Source of the DNA: Nitrospirota bacterium
GTDB lineage: Bacteria > Nitrospirota > Thermodesulfovibrionia > Thermodesulfovibrionales > Dissulfurispiraceae
Assembly: GCA_963710375.1 (NCBI GenBank)
Contig: CAVPZX010000002.1
Coordinates: 800,001-864,000, forward strand
DNA length: 64,000 nt
Reading direction: 5' to 3'
Shown piece by piece: positions 41,583-51,652 of this stretch; within the stretch, counting starts at the first letter, position 1, and every line of letters begins with the position of its first letter. A program made the position numbers and the translations under genes. The notes beneath the pieces were generated by a model. The model was not told the origin of the DNA and ran no database searches. It saw only the letters and a list, made by a program, of their open reading frames with translations.

Positions 41583-41814
41583 TGTGGATCATTTGATCCT
41601 TTGATAAAGACCTGTTTTCACGCAAAGGCCCAAAGGGTGCAAAGAAAGGCAAGGCGAACCACATAGGCACGAATACAGAGAGAAAAACAATAAATAATTT
41701 CTCACAATGCAGCAAAAACCTGGAAAAAATTGAAACCACGGTAACGGCGATTTTTGTTTGGAGCAACCATAAAAAAGGAGAAAGGTTCTGGAAAATAGAT
41801 ACATAGGATATAAC

Positions 41815-42468
41815 GTGAATGATTTGGACATACAAATTGAGGTGACAGATTCAGATAACCCATCCCCGAAACCTCCAGTTCAACCTTCTGATGATGTCAA
41901 GGCACTCATACGAACAAAATTCCGGGATATTGCCCTTATGGCTCTACCCTTAATTGGGTTACCCAATCCCGCATTTAAGAATTATAAACTGCGGTTTGAA
42001 ATAGAGAGTACAATAAATCCTGGCAATGATCGAGGTCCTTTTACATTTGTGCCTGTTGATACAACTGTAGTAATTCTTCTCCCCGATTACAAATGTATAA
42101 ACTATAGCGAGGAGTCCTGGGATTTCAAGAATACTCTTCATCAGCTTGCTCATGAATGTGTGCACGCCTTTGGCCCGCCTCTTCGCATACCGTTGACTAT
42201 TTTAGAAGAAGGCATGGCTGCTTATTTTTCAGATTATTATGCTCAGAGTCTCTCGATTAATTTAAGACAGCATCCTTGTAGCAATCATGAAAAAGCAAAG
42301 TATGCTGTTCGGGATCTATTGGACATGAAAGCTACAGTAATTACAGAACTACGTATTAACAATCCCCAGCTGCGCATTTCACAAATAACTGAAGATATGC
42401 TGCGTAACGCTTGCCCAAGCATAACAGATTCTTTAGCTCAACTCTTGGCAAGTGAATTTAAAAAGTAA
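41815..42468 (+). CDS. Hypothetical HExxH metallopeptidase-like protein
   Basis: HQLAHECVH followed by LEEGMA.YFS. Confidence 0.6.
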   Translation: MNDLDIQIEVTDSDNPSPKPPVQPSDDVKALIRTKFRDIALMALPLIGLPNPAFKNYKLRFEIESTINPGNDRGPFTFVPVDTTVVILLPDYKCINYSEESWDFKNTLHQLAHECVHAFGPPLRIPLTILEEGMAAYFSDYYAQSLSINLRQHPCSNHEKAKYAVRDLLDMKATVITELRINNPQLRISQITEDMLRNACPSITDSLAQLLASEFKK

Positions 42469-42739
42469 AGAACAGTGTTCGATCTTATTTACATTTAAAG
42501 AGAAAGAATAGCTATATGCAACATCTGCTCATATATTATACTATTGTGTCGTAAAGCAATTAGTCCGGCCTACTTACATAAATTGCTGAAACTGGCATCA
42601 AATTTGTTCTTCACCGTGCTATGCGTAAAATCACGCAAGGACCGAGACTGAAGATTCACAGTAAAAACAAATGTATGATGCGGAACTGAGCGGCTCCCGA
42701 CGAGGAGTCTGTTCGAAATACGTCCGCTGGATTAGCGGG

Positions 42740-44176
42740 TTAGATCGGTTTCTCGATTGAGTTTTGTAGTTTTTTGATTGGGAAACCGATTGAGTAGTAA
42801 TCAATGTAATCATCACTCCCGTTGGTTATGCAAAGTAAAACCCTATGACATAATACCTTAAGTAGTTTTACTTCTTTTATTAAATCGATATAGTCCTGTT
42901 CTTTTGTCATTGAACCATGAGCAGCTCGATTTCTTTGTTTCCAAGCGAGAGATTCAATATTACTAAGCTGAAGATTCAATGCACCCAGAAATTCTTCCGT
43001 TAGTACACTCTGGGGTTTTTGATTAAGCGAAGCTATCTTGTTGTTTATTATTTTAAGAAGATCCCCGTTTATACTTTTACTTCTAACAACTTCCAATATA
43101 TCCTTTTGTAAAGATTCCCACGCTGTTTTCTCAAGCACTGAAGTTTTGAATAAAGAGCCATTTGCTGCGACAAATGCGTTTTGTATAGCTTCAAATGTTG
43201 CTCCAAAATGAACTGCTGCGATATGGATAGGAGCAGAAACAGAATGCCAATAAAGCCAGCCTACATGACCAAGATTGTAGTCATCATATTTTTTATAGAA
43301 GGCATTTACCATTCGAGAGAATTTTTCTCTGTTTAGTTCGTTCCCGAATTTCTCATACAAGGGAGACGGAGGTAGAGTAAGCAATTTGAAGGCCTTTCCA
43401 TCAATGGTATAAGCACTTATTGATTTAAAGGAAACTAATTGCCATTTACTGTTGAAAATGGAATGCCCCAGATGAATAAATGGACGGCCAAAAGCAAATG
43501 ATAAAGCCAATCTGATCTTTGACCTTATTTCCTCAGAAGGAGTTCCATTATAAATAACAAACCCTGGCATTTTTTCGTCGCTGACAGCAACCTTATTGCA
43601 AACACCAAAATATAATTCCTGGCCATCAACGCTAATGTTTACACATTTCCAAGAGAAAGAACTTGTTTTTTCAGATGACGTAAGCAGCAACGAACTTCCG
43701 TTTTTGCAAAAAATTCTATTTGATAATACTTCAACTTCTTCATCCAGTGAATCCGGCCAAATATAATAGCTGTCATCTACATTTACTAACCATTCGATTA
43801 GATATTGACCCTCAGACAGATTTGTCACTATGCACTCAAGATTTTGTATTGATGCCTTTTCATGTCGGTAACATGTACCTGTTTCATTCATAGACCTTGA
43901 GTTGGTCAACGGCTGAACGCCATATGCAATTGCCTTTATACCAGATTTATTTTCAAATTCAATTGAGTCGATGTTTGATCGAACCGTTCCTGGTGGATAG
44001 TTAACGGAACAAGTTGTCGTATCATGGTTAGACACAGTGTCAATAAAGATATTTAAATCTTCATCCCTTTTTATCGTGAATTTATTGACCGGCGAATATA
44101 GAGACCCGGCCTTTGTTAATGAAAAAAGACCTTCATTTAAAAAGCTATCAAATATCTCCCATTTCCAAACAACCAT
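42740..44176 (-). CDS. ApeA/HEPN-like protein (putative anti-phage)
   Basis: 478 aa, AT-rich; LSFAFGR, C-terminal RNRAAHG (Rx4H HEPN motif). Confidence 0.6.
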   Translation of the reverse strand: MVVWKWEIFDSFLNEGLFSLTKAGSLYSPVNKFTIKRDEDLNIFIDTVSNHDTTTCSVNYPPGTVRSNIDSIEFENKSGIKAIAYGVQPLTNSRSMNETGTCYRHEKASIQNLECIVTNLSEGQYLIEWLVNVDDSYYIWPDSLDEEVEVLSNRIFCKNGSSLLLTSSEKTSSFSWKCVNISVDGQELYFGVCNKVAVSDEKMPGFVIYNGTPSEEIRSKIRLALSFAFGRPFIHLGHSIFNSKWQLVSFKSISAYTIDGKAFKLLTLPPSPLYEKFGNELNREKFSRMVNAFYKKYDDYNLGHVGWLYWHSVSAPIHIAAVHFGATFEAIQNAFVAANGSLFKTSVLEKTAWESLQKDILEVVRSKSINGDLLKIINNKIASLNQKPQSVLTEEFLGALNLQLSNIESLAWKQRNRAAHGSMTKEQDYIDLIKEVKLLKVLCHRVLLCITNGSDDYIDYYSIGFPIKKLQNSIEKPI

Positions 44177-44529
44177 CTTATGTTTCCCTATAATCTAACG
44201 CTGCGCTGAGCGGCCCCGGAAGTGGAGTGCGTTCCCGTGCATAGTTCACCCTCTGCAGTGAGGAGACGGAACACGTAATTATATAGTTTCTGCTCATCTC
44301 CGCAAATTCTATCATAGCCACTCAGAATTTTAACAGATTTTGATAAGCCAATAGCTCCCAAGCCTAACCCCGCCGATATTATGAACATCGGCAAATAAAT
44401 ATATCTGCTCAGGCCAAAATTGGGAGTTCTGCGGTGACATCTTCAGGTGATAGAGGAACTCATTATCTCCCAATCTCGAAATCCTTCTGGACTTTTTTGC
44501 CCTATTCTCCTAAACTCTGAATATGCTGT

Positions 44530-44865
44530 TTGCAGATGACAGTATACCCTACCGCAACTATAACGGAGAACTGGAGGGTGCACTTCTTGGCGTCAGACAT
44601 TATGGCCTCATACGCAGGCATTGCGCTGGGCATGTCGATTCTTTATGTATTTATTAAATGGGTGAAGCTCCGCCATATTTATTTCACCATGCTTTACCTG
44701 GCCGGCACTGCACTTTCTTCCGTTGGCGGCCTTTTCCTTGCATGGCCGTTGACCCATCATATAATTCTCCCGATGCTCATCGCCGCCCTCTGCTGGAGCG
44801 GACTTTGCTTGCGTCTTTTTGTACAACATAAGTCGCAAACAGCCACGCTTTCGCTTCGGGGTTGA
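44530..44865 (+). CDS. Small membrane protein (possibly a fragment)
   Basis: Three hydrophobic segments; weak start. Confidence 0.3.
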   Translation: MQMTVYPTATITENWRVHFLASDIMASYAGIALGMSILYVFIKWVKLRHIYFTMLYLAGTALSSVGGLFLAWPLTHHIILPMLIAALCWSGLCLRLFVQHKSQTATLSLRG

Positions 44866-44958
44866 GCTCCAACTCGCTAACGACGCCGAATGTTATCGGC
44901 TCTTCGTATTTGTAATATCTTGCCAAGCATTCATAAACGAACTCTGTCCCGTCTGACC

Positions 44959-45429
44959 TTACAAAGGCCGCACCTTCCCAGCCGACGCCATTGACACGAG
45001 TTCGCCAGCTTCCCGAAGCAATTCCGTATCTCCAAGTTTCCGGCGCAGTAGCGCGATTTTCATAAGCACCTGCTCAGGATGAGTTGCAGACGCATATTCT
45101 GCTGTCTGCGTCAGTAGATCAATTTTGCCTCGGAGATCTTTGTCCGATTTAATACTCTCCAAGATGTAATCATTTGCCCGGCTGAGAAATCTCAGTGCCC
45201 TGAGTTTCCGCTCTTGGCGTTCCGATAATTTGCCTGGATCGCTGTGAAGCGTCCACTTGCAGCCTGTCTGTTTCTCCAGTTTCTCGATTCGCTTTTTTGC
45301 TATTTTTTCTGCTGTGTCGGATCGAAAAGTTTTGATCCTCATCAAGCGGATTGGCCTATTGCTGACCGTTCTTGGATCGACATTGTTTGCTATGCCTAAA
45401 AACTTATATGTCTTTTCTTTCCTGGTCAT
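44959..45429 (-). CDS. Hypothetical basic protein, last gene of the tns-strand run
   Basis: SD GGAGG upstream; co-oriented with tniQ. Confidence 0.55.
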   Translation of the reverse strand: MTRKEKTYKFLGIANNVDPRTVSNRPIRLMRIKTFRSDTAEKIAKKRIEKLEKQTGCKWTLHSDPGKLSERQERKLRALRFLSRANDYILESIKSDKDLRGKIDLLTQTAEYASATHPEQVLMKIALLRRKLGDTELLREAGELVSMASAGKVRPL

Positions 45430-45458
45430 TTATTTCCACCCTCCATTGTTCATCACCG

Positions 45459-45701
45459 TTAGAGTTCCTCCTTCGCTACCTTATAGGCCTTTTTAATCAT
45501 GGTCCGTGTTATCATTTCATTAGGCTCAATGCCCTGCACATCAAATATCTCATCACCTACAACCTGTATCTTTGTGATATCCTCGCCTATCCTTTTACAA
45601 CCGGCTTTGTGCAAAGCATTCAGGAACTTCTTTTTCGTCGGTTCATCCAACTTATTGTAAAGCCACTCAAAATACCGGAAGTCCTCTTTTTTGATGTACA
45701 T
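45459..45701 (-). CDS. Hypothetical 80-aa protein
   Basis: SD AAGGGGG upstream; operon-like spacing. Confidence 0.55.
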   Translation of the reverse strand: MYIKKEDFRYFEWLYNKLDEPTKKKFLNALHKAGCKRIGEDITKIQVVGDEIFDVQGIEPNEMITRTMIKKAYKVAKEEL

Positions 45702-45734
45702 AATTTCCCCCTTGTTTGTGGTTCCGTAGGACAG

Positions 45735-46295
45735 TTATAAAGATGCCCCATCTCTGATAGCGGCAAGGATAACATCAACATCTTTAGCCCCCTCATCAGT
45801 CTTAAGCATCTCCAGCGGGCTCTTCCCCTGAAAGGAAAAGTGGGGAGCCAAAAGCCACTTGCGGGCATTCTCCGCACCGCCCAGAACCTCGACAGCAAGA
45901 GCGTATGTCTCCGTCAAGCGGTATGGTCTTATGGCAAAACATTCATCACACAGCGTCCTGAGCCATTCATGAAATTTACCCTCGTTGAGCGTCCTTCTCT
46001 GTCCGGGCTTTCCGCAATCCTCACATGTTACAGACGCTCTTTCGGCAGCGGTGGCGATTAGTTCAGCAATAGCGTTATTTTCGCCAGCCACATAAACCAT
46101 CAAGTCGCCAAACTTTTCCTTGACCTGCTCTACTTTGAATCTGGTAAGCGCGGAACTCTTTACAACTTCATCAATCTTTACAAATAAATCCTCAAGGATA
46201 GGCAGCCAGCCGTCACCGCACGAAAAGCCGATTGGCCTGAGAAAATCATACTTATTCTGTAGATTATGCCTGCGTTTTTCTTGTATTTCACCCAT
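45735..46295 (-). CDS. Phage-type Zn-finger protein (GW...QVKEKFG...CxxCG) fused to an Xre/MbcA/ParS C-terminal (DUF2384)-like domain
   Basis: CGDGW, QVKEKFGDL, CEDCGKPG, TLCDEC; C-terminal AVEVLGGAENARKWLLAP...GKSPLEML.TDEG...V..IL.AI..G. Confidence 0.65.
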   Translation of the reverse strand: MGEIQEKRRHNLQNKYDFLRPIGFSCGDGWLPILEDLFVKIDEVVKSSALTRFKVEQVKEKFGDLMVYVAGENNAIAELIATAAERASVTCEDCGKPGQRRTLNEGKFHEWLRTLCDECFAIRPYRLTETYALAVEVLGGAENARKWLLAPHFSFQGKSPLEMLKTDEGAKDVDVILAAIRDGASL

Positions 46296-46316
46296 TCCGT
46301 TCTCCTTTGGTTAATC

Positions 46317-47712
46317 TTATTTCTGGTTATCAATCCCTACTAACCTTGACCTCTTAATTACTTCCCTGCAGATTCTACTGCACGCGATCCGCTCATCTTC
46401 TTTATTACCAACTATCCCTATGCCTTTGATATCGAAAGCAACCAGTCTTTGTGTTGGCCTTATCCCCTGCTGCATCAGCATCACCGCACTCTGATGATAT
46501 AAGTCGCACTTATCCGCAAATCTCCGCATTTTCCCAGAGTGTCTATGTGCCTGGAAGCGCTGGTTCATTCTCTTGGCGATATCCCCGAACCTATTGAAAA
46601 GAGTACGACGGTTAACCCCGAGTTTCTCTGCTGCCGTGGCTACGCTGATCGGCGGGTTTTCATTAGACAGCATTTCCAGTTGACGCTTAATCAATTCTCT
46701 GTCGAGTTTCTGAGTCTTCCTTGTGCGGGTTGATATTTGGGCTACGGTATGCGTGGCAATGATCTCTGTCCCCTCAAATGTGGTGTTCGTACCCAACATG
46801 ACATCAGCTATGGAAGATCGACATGCGAACGACATTTCAACCATCTGTGGGAAACTCGGGATGAATTTACCATTCATCCATCCATGTAACGTATTTTTCT
46901 TAATCCCCAACAGTTTTCCCAAAAGTGCCGCATTACCTCCGGTAAAATGCTGCGCGGCACTTTTAAGGAACTCAGAAATTCCTACTATGCCCCTATGACT
47001 TTTAGGCTTTAGTCTTTCTATATCACCTAACATAACGACGATAAGCTGCGCTCTTTTTACTTCATCCTCTGAGGCGCTTTCTATCAATTCTTCATAATTT
47101 TCTGTCAAGGAGTATCCGCACGAGCCACAAAACCCCGACAGGTGTTTAACATGCCGTGTAGACAGAGGCGATGACCCGTTACACCTGCATTGGCTTACCA
47201 ACTTAATCCCGTGTTTTGGGCATGCTTCGATAGCAGCTATCTCCCATAAAAGCTGTCCGTAGGCTCGCCCTTCTTGAGCCGCCTCAGAAAGACATATGGG
47301 GCACCATTTCTTTGTACTACTCATAAGCCGCTGCACGTTCATATATGGCCTCAAAGGAACAAGCGTTAAATCAATGAGACCTTGCTGCCCTGTAAGTTCA
47401 CTCAGGATATTCGCCCACGTTTCAGGAACAGAAGCTGATACCATTAAATAGCGGGAGTTTCCAGATCGTGAAAGCATCGTCGCTTTGGCGTGCATTACCG
47501 TCTTTTATCCTTGGGATTATTAGCTCCCTTGCCAAAGTCTTCGGAGAAACATGGTGGAGATGGGCGAGCCCCAGGTAGTAGCTGCTAAGACTTTCCCTGT
47601 ATGGTGTACCTAAACCCATTGGCCTTAGCGATGCCAACAGCGACCTTGGAGGGATCCGGGCATCCGGATCAACTCCCACCAACGGATAATCGTCCACACA
47701 TTCCACGTTCAT
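46317..47712 (-). CDS. tniQ: TniQ/TnsD target selector with C-terminal HTH domains, split by one extra base at about 47432
   Basis: GTPYRESLSSY N-terminus, WCPICL, LLW...CPKH...C.C...CGSCG zinc motifs; corrected junction FNGISSVPETWANILSELTG; about 464 aa; ATG overlaps the tnsC stop. Confidence 0.88.
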
Positions 47713-48749
47713 CAGGCCGCCTTCTTATCTGTAGTTGGTTTGAAATTAAACTTCCCGGTTCCGTAAACAGCCTTTGCTATATCCACCTCGCCCTTCAATG
47801 TCTCTTCAAGGATGGCCACAATCTGTCCTTCAGTGAGAAGAGCCTTGGAAAGACAGGCATCGGTCCATTTGCCCCCATTTCTCAGAGCGAATGTCAGTGC
47901 CCTTTGAAGGGTTTCTTTCAAAGTTCCCACGCATCCGATGCAGGAATCCATCAACTCGTTGGACATTTCTGTCAGGTCTGGTACTCCACTTAGGGGCAAG
48001 TATTTCTGCAATTTATCGACGCTTTTCTTGAAAACCTTTTCATCCTCGGCGTTTCCCCGGCAATACCTCTGGAAGTGGACAATAGCGGTCCGTCGTGCAA
48101 CCTGACCGCTTAAGCACATCAGCTGATAAAGATCGTAGGAACCGATCAGCGCCAGAGTTAGTGTAACTCCATCAAGTAGAGTTAAAGACTTTAAGGCATC
48201 CATATGTGCGGCTAACACAGCGCCTTTAGCGTTCCTGATCAAGTGAACCGCTTCGTCGATAATTAGCAGGATTGTGTGTCGATATCTCAACGCGTCTTCA
48301 ACAGCCATTCTAAGTCCAGCCACTGTGCTCCCTGTCGTAACATGACTAACCGACATACGGCCATCCTGTAGCCTGAATTCCTGTTTCTTGTCTATAAGCG
48401 GTTCAATAAGGGCGGTCCCGATTTTGATATAAAAAATACGCCATGAGAATTTATTCTCACCGGAAGACGGTGCGGTGATCATGACTACTGGAATAAAACT
48501 CAGATCTTTCGCCATTTGCGCCTGATGCAATTTAACTATACGCTCCATAAGCGATACGCTCAACGTTGACTTGCCCGCTCCAGTCGGGCCGACCAGAAGC
48601 GCAATATCTGTCCCGGACCCCGGCAAGACCATTGTCTCAAGGTCATCTAGAATAGTGCCTACCCTTGGATGTTTCACCCGCACCTGATGGAAGTAGGCAA
48701 GCTTTTCGTCGTCCGAGAGCAACATTGCCTGTTCGGGCGTCATAGTCAT
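47712..48749 (-). CDS. tnsC: TnsC/TniB AAA+ transposition regulator
   Basis: VKHPR, GPTGAGKS Walker A, LIIDEA Walker B, LIGSYDL, QVARR, GCVGTLK. Confidence 0.9.
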   Translation of the reverse strand: MTMTPEQAMLLSDDEKLAYFHQVRVKHPRVGTILDDLETMVLPGSGTDIALLVGPTGAGKSTLSVSLMERIVKLHQAQMAKDLSFIPVVMITAPSSGENKFSWRIFYIKIGTALIEPLIDKKQEFRLQDGRMSVSHVTTGSTVAGLRMAVEDALRYRHTILLIIDEAVHLIRNAKGAVLAAHMDALKSLTLLDGVTLTLALIGSYDLYQLMCLSGQVARRTAIVHFQRYCRGNAEDEKVFKKSVDKLQKYLPLSGVPDLTEMSNELMDSCIGCVGTLKETLQRALTFALRNGGKWTDACLSKALLTEGQIVAILEETLKGEVDIAKAVYGTGKFNFKPTTDKKAA

Positions 48750-48759
48750 TGGATTGATC

Positions 48760-51519
48760 TCAGAATAGTTCGTATTCTTCCTCCTCAATAGTAGCCATGG
48801 ATTCATTGATCGATGGCGATAAAGTATCTATCGGTAAAACCGAAGGCGGAATCATGGGGGCACTTGTCGAATCAATCTGAGTCTGAGGAGATGTCATTCC
48901 CAGTCTCTCGTATACAAACCGTGCCTCACTCTGCTGTTCCTTCAGACGGGGGTCGAAATTCCTTGCATCCAGAACCTTCATCCATTCTGCTATCCGTTCA
49001 GGAGACAAGTCTTTTTTCTTAATATTATTTTCTTTCGCCAATTCTTCAAAGGCATAGCGCAGTTCTATAACGGTATATTGGCGAAGCCGCCACTTCAATT
49101 TCGACTCGCATTGATGCCATTGACCATTGACCAGCGCATATATATATCGGACATCCCAGGGATCGATGCGGATATCGATGGGCTTTTTATGCAGGTTGAC
49201 GCCCCTGAAGGCATTGGTCCAATACCAAATATGGTTGATCTTGACGCCGCGCTGACCATCGACTATGCGTGTTCCACCAGCTTCAGGAGCCGGGCATGTT
49301 TCAATCAGGAACCTGCGGTCGTATCTGACAATACGATGGAGGCGCATGCCGGTCTCGGCCATTCGTGATACGAAATGCTTCACAGGTTCTTCGCCATGCG
49401 CCGAATGATTTTCAGTTCCATAGAGATTATCGAAATAATAATCAAGAGCGCCATGCAGTGCCGGCAGCGTCCATTCAACAAAGTTTTTCGGATTCACGGA
49501 TTTAGTGACCGTGCGAACATACTTCATGAGTTGGGTATTTCCGCTCAGATTATGGATAAGCTGCGATTGAGTCGTCCCGAATAGACGCTCCATTACAGAG
49601 CCGTGGCGCGGCTGGCCTGCCGGACGATACCTGATGCTGCACCCATAAAGTCTGCAAACACGTTTGAACTCACGAGACTTGAATTCCTTGCCATTATCGA
49701 CGACGAGCATATCCGGCATGCGGCCATGTCTACGGACAATATCGCGCAGAACCATCATGCAGGACCTATAACTCGGCGGCTCAAAGGACAGATAAAAGCC
49801 AACCACTCTGCGAGATTCGGCGTCAATTGCTAAAGAAAGCCATGCATGCCACGTTGACTTCAATACATTGGGCGAGCAGAGCAGTATGTCCAGAGGTGTA
49901 TGATCGATATGCACATACTGAAATGGCCTGACACCATGTATGGGCTCGTTGAGCTTCAGATACCAGACGATGGGTTGTGTCTGGTAAAAGACTCGTTTGC
50001 CTCTGCGCTTGCGAACAGACGTAAGTTTATCAACCTCTTTGTTGAATGTTTTTGCCGAACAAGGCTCAAGACCTGCAGTCTGGCATGCATCCACTAACTT
50101 TTTGTACGCCATGCCTTTGTTAATATTGGTGGCATTATTGAAGTCTTCTCTAACAATTAGAGCTATCAGATCGATTAGTTCCTTCGGGATTTTCCGCTCC
50201 CGGTTTCCGCTTTTTATAAGTTGGGGAACAAGTGCCAGATGCTGGTCAATGACACTGTCACCCGCGTCTCTCACTGCTTTCTTGTACCTGTGCAACGTGC
50301 TTCTCGACACTGTTACCAGCTCCGGCGCGAAATTTGAAAATTCGAGCTGTCGCGCCCTTGCGAGCGCTTTATCCATATATTCCGGCGATACGCAAGCTAT
50401 TGATTCATCATCACTCGAATCAGGATGCACAGACGATCTGACGTTAAGCTTTCCGGCGGCATACTGTTTTTCCAATACTTCCAGCGAAATCTCAGTGGTA
50501 CCGTCATCTGCCGAGAGCATCACGGAATTCTGACCGACAAGAGCAATCCTGTAGGTTTTGCCATCATAATCGACTTCAGTCCCAACTTCAAACGATACGT
50601 CAAGGCGGCATTCCTCATTAATAACTCCGGAATGTTCAATCCGCTGATAAAAGGCAAGCATGGTTTGATCGCGATAAACACGCGCCCTATACGTTTCGGC
50701 GATATCATCATTCATAAGGTCGAAAGCTATGTGCCCGTCGGCAATTGCTTTGTAAATATCGTCAGCCGTAACTACAAAACCGCCAGCACCAGTAATTGGG
50801 TCTTCTATTGCATCACCAGGAATCCCGTAGTTACATTCAGCCGTTTGTAATAGGTCCATAATGGTAAGCACGGCCTTTTCGGTGAGAATGCTCTGTAGAA
50901 TATTAATTTTCTGCTGTTCTACAGGCGGGCAGTCCTGAGAGAAGTAGTCCGACAGGAATTCAAGGTTCCTAACAAACTGATGTGGATGCTCATTCGCTGA
51001 CCGGAGGCGGTAGGTTATTCCCATCTCGGCAAGATGTTCCTCTGCCAAAGGGAAATGCCATCCGTCATCTCCCTTAATGTATCTGCCAGGATAATCCTTA
51101 GCGAGCTTTTCGAGCCGTTTTTCCTGCCGCCATTCCTCTATGAGTATCTGGTCAGCCATAATAATAAGGAAATCCGGAAAATGTTGTACCCGTGACGATT
51201 GCTTCCTCCCGTCAGCAGTTATAAGGTCAAGTTCGCAGGGTTGAGGGTAGTACTCAATTACCAAAGGATTATGCTCGTATTGAATCGCTGCCGGGAATTC
51301 GCCAGTTCTGCTTTCCGTACCAACAGCTCGGCCCATTTTCCGGCTTGAGTACCAAGTAATCACATTGCCGGAATTCGATTGGATATCCCTGACTGGCGCT
51401 TCTCTCCTAGCCTTCTCCACTAATCGACGCCCGGCCAATGGAGTACCCAGTCGATCAAATAAAGCATTCAATTCTATGGAGTTCATTATCATTCTCTTTC
51501 CCTCAAGCTTCGGTGGCAT
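48760..51519 (-). CDS. Fused TnsA endonuclease-TnsB DDE transposase
   Basis: N-terminal TnsA (YSSRKMG...ES..E...EYYPQP...PDFL...EEWR); C-terminal DDE (HIDHT, VDNGKEF, ERLFGT) and Mu-transposase C-terminal (IRIDPWD). Confidence 0.9.
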   Translation of the reverse strand: MPPKLEGKRMIMNSIELNALFDRLGTPLAGRRLVEKARREAPVRDIQSNSGNVITWYSSRKMGRAVGTESRTGEFPAAIQYEHNPLVIEYYPQPCELDLITADGRKQSSRVQHFPDFLIIMADQILIEEWRQEKRLEKLAKDYPGRYIKGDDGWHFPLAEEHLAEMGITYRLRSANEHPHQFVRNLEFLSDYFSQDCPPVEQQKINILQSILTEKAVLTIMDLLQTAECNYGIPGDAIEDPITGAGGFVVTADDIYKAIADGHIAFDLMNDDIAETYRARVYRDQTMLAFYQRIEHSGVINEECRLDVSFEVGTEVDYDGKTYRIALVGQNSVMLSADDGTTEISLEVLEKQYAAGKLNVRSSVHPDSSDDESIACVSPEYMDKALARARQLEFSNFAPELVTVSRSTLHRYKKAVRDAGDSVIDQHLALVPQLIKSGNRERKIPKELIDLIALIVREDFNNATNINKGMAYKKLVDACQTAGLEPCSAKTFNKEVDKLTSVRKRRGKRVFYQTQPIVWYLKLNEPIHGVRPFQYVHIDHTPLDILLCSPNVLKSTWHAWLSLAIDAESRRVVGFYLSFEPPSYRSCMMVLRDIVRRHGRMPDMLVVDNGKEFKSREFKRVCRLYGCSIRYRPAGQPRHGSVMERLFGTTQSQLIHNLSGNTQLMKYVRTVTKSVNPKNFVEWTLPALHGALDYYFDNLYGTENHSAHGEEPVKHFVSRMAETGMRLHRIVRYDRRFLIETCPAPEAGGTRIVDGQRGVKINHIWYWTNAFRGVNLHKKPIDIRIDPWDVRYIYALVNGQWHQCESKLKWRLRQYTVIELRYAFEELAKENNIKKKDLSPERIAEWMKVLDARNFDPRLKEQQSEARFVYERLGMTSPQTQIDSTSAPMIPPSVLPIDTLSPSINESMATIEEEEYELF

Positions 51520-51527
51520 GTTGTTTA

Positions 51528-51650
51528 GTTAGGTTTATCTAACTGTACTTACAAAGTTAAAAACCTTATTTAACAGAATCATATCATCGTTAGAAATATC
51601 TAACACAATTATTTACTTGACTGTCAAGAGTAAAGTAAGATATTATTTAC
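51528..51650. promoter_or_regulatory. Divergent promoter/operator region with 16-bp palindromes
   Basis: GTTAGGTTTATCTAAC (51528-51543), GTTAGAAATATCTAAC (51589-51604), weaker GTAAGATATTATTTAC (51635-51650); back-to-back TTGACT (+, 51617) and TTGACA (-, 51627). Confidence 0.65.
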
Positions 51651-51652
51651 AT

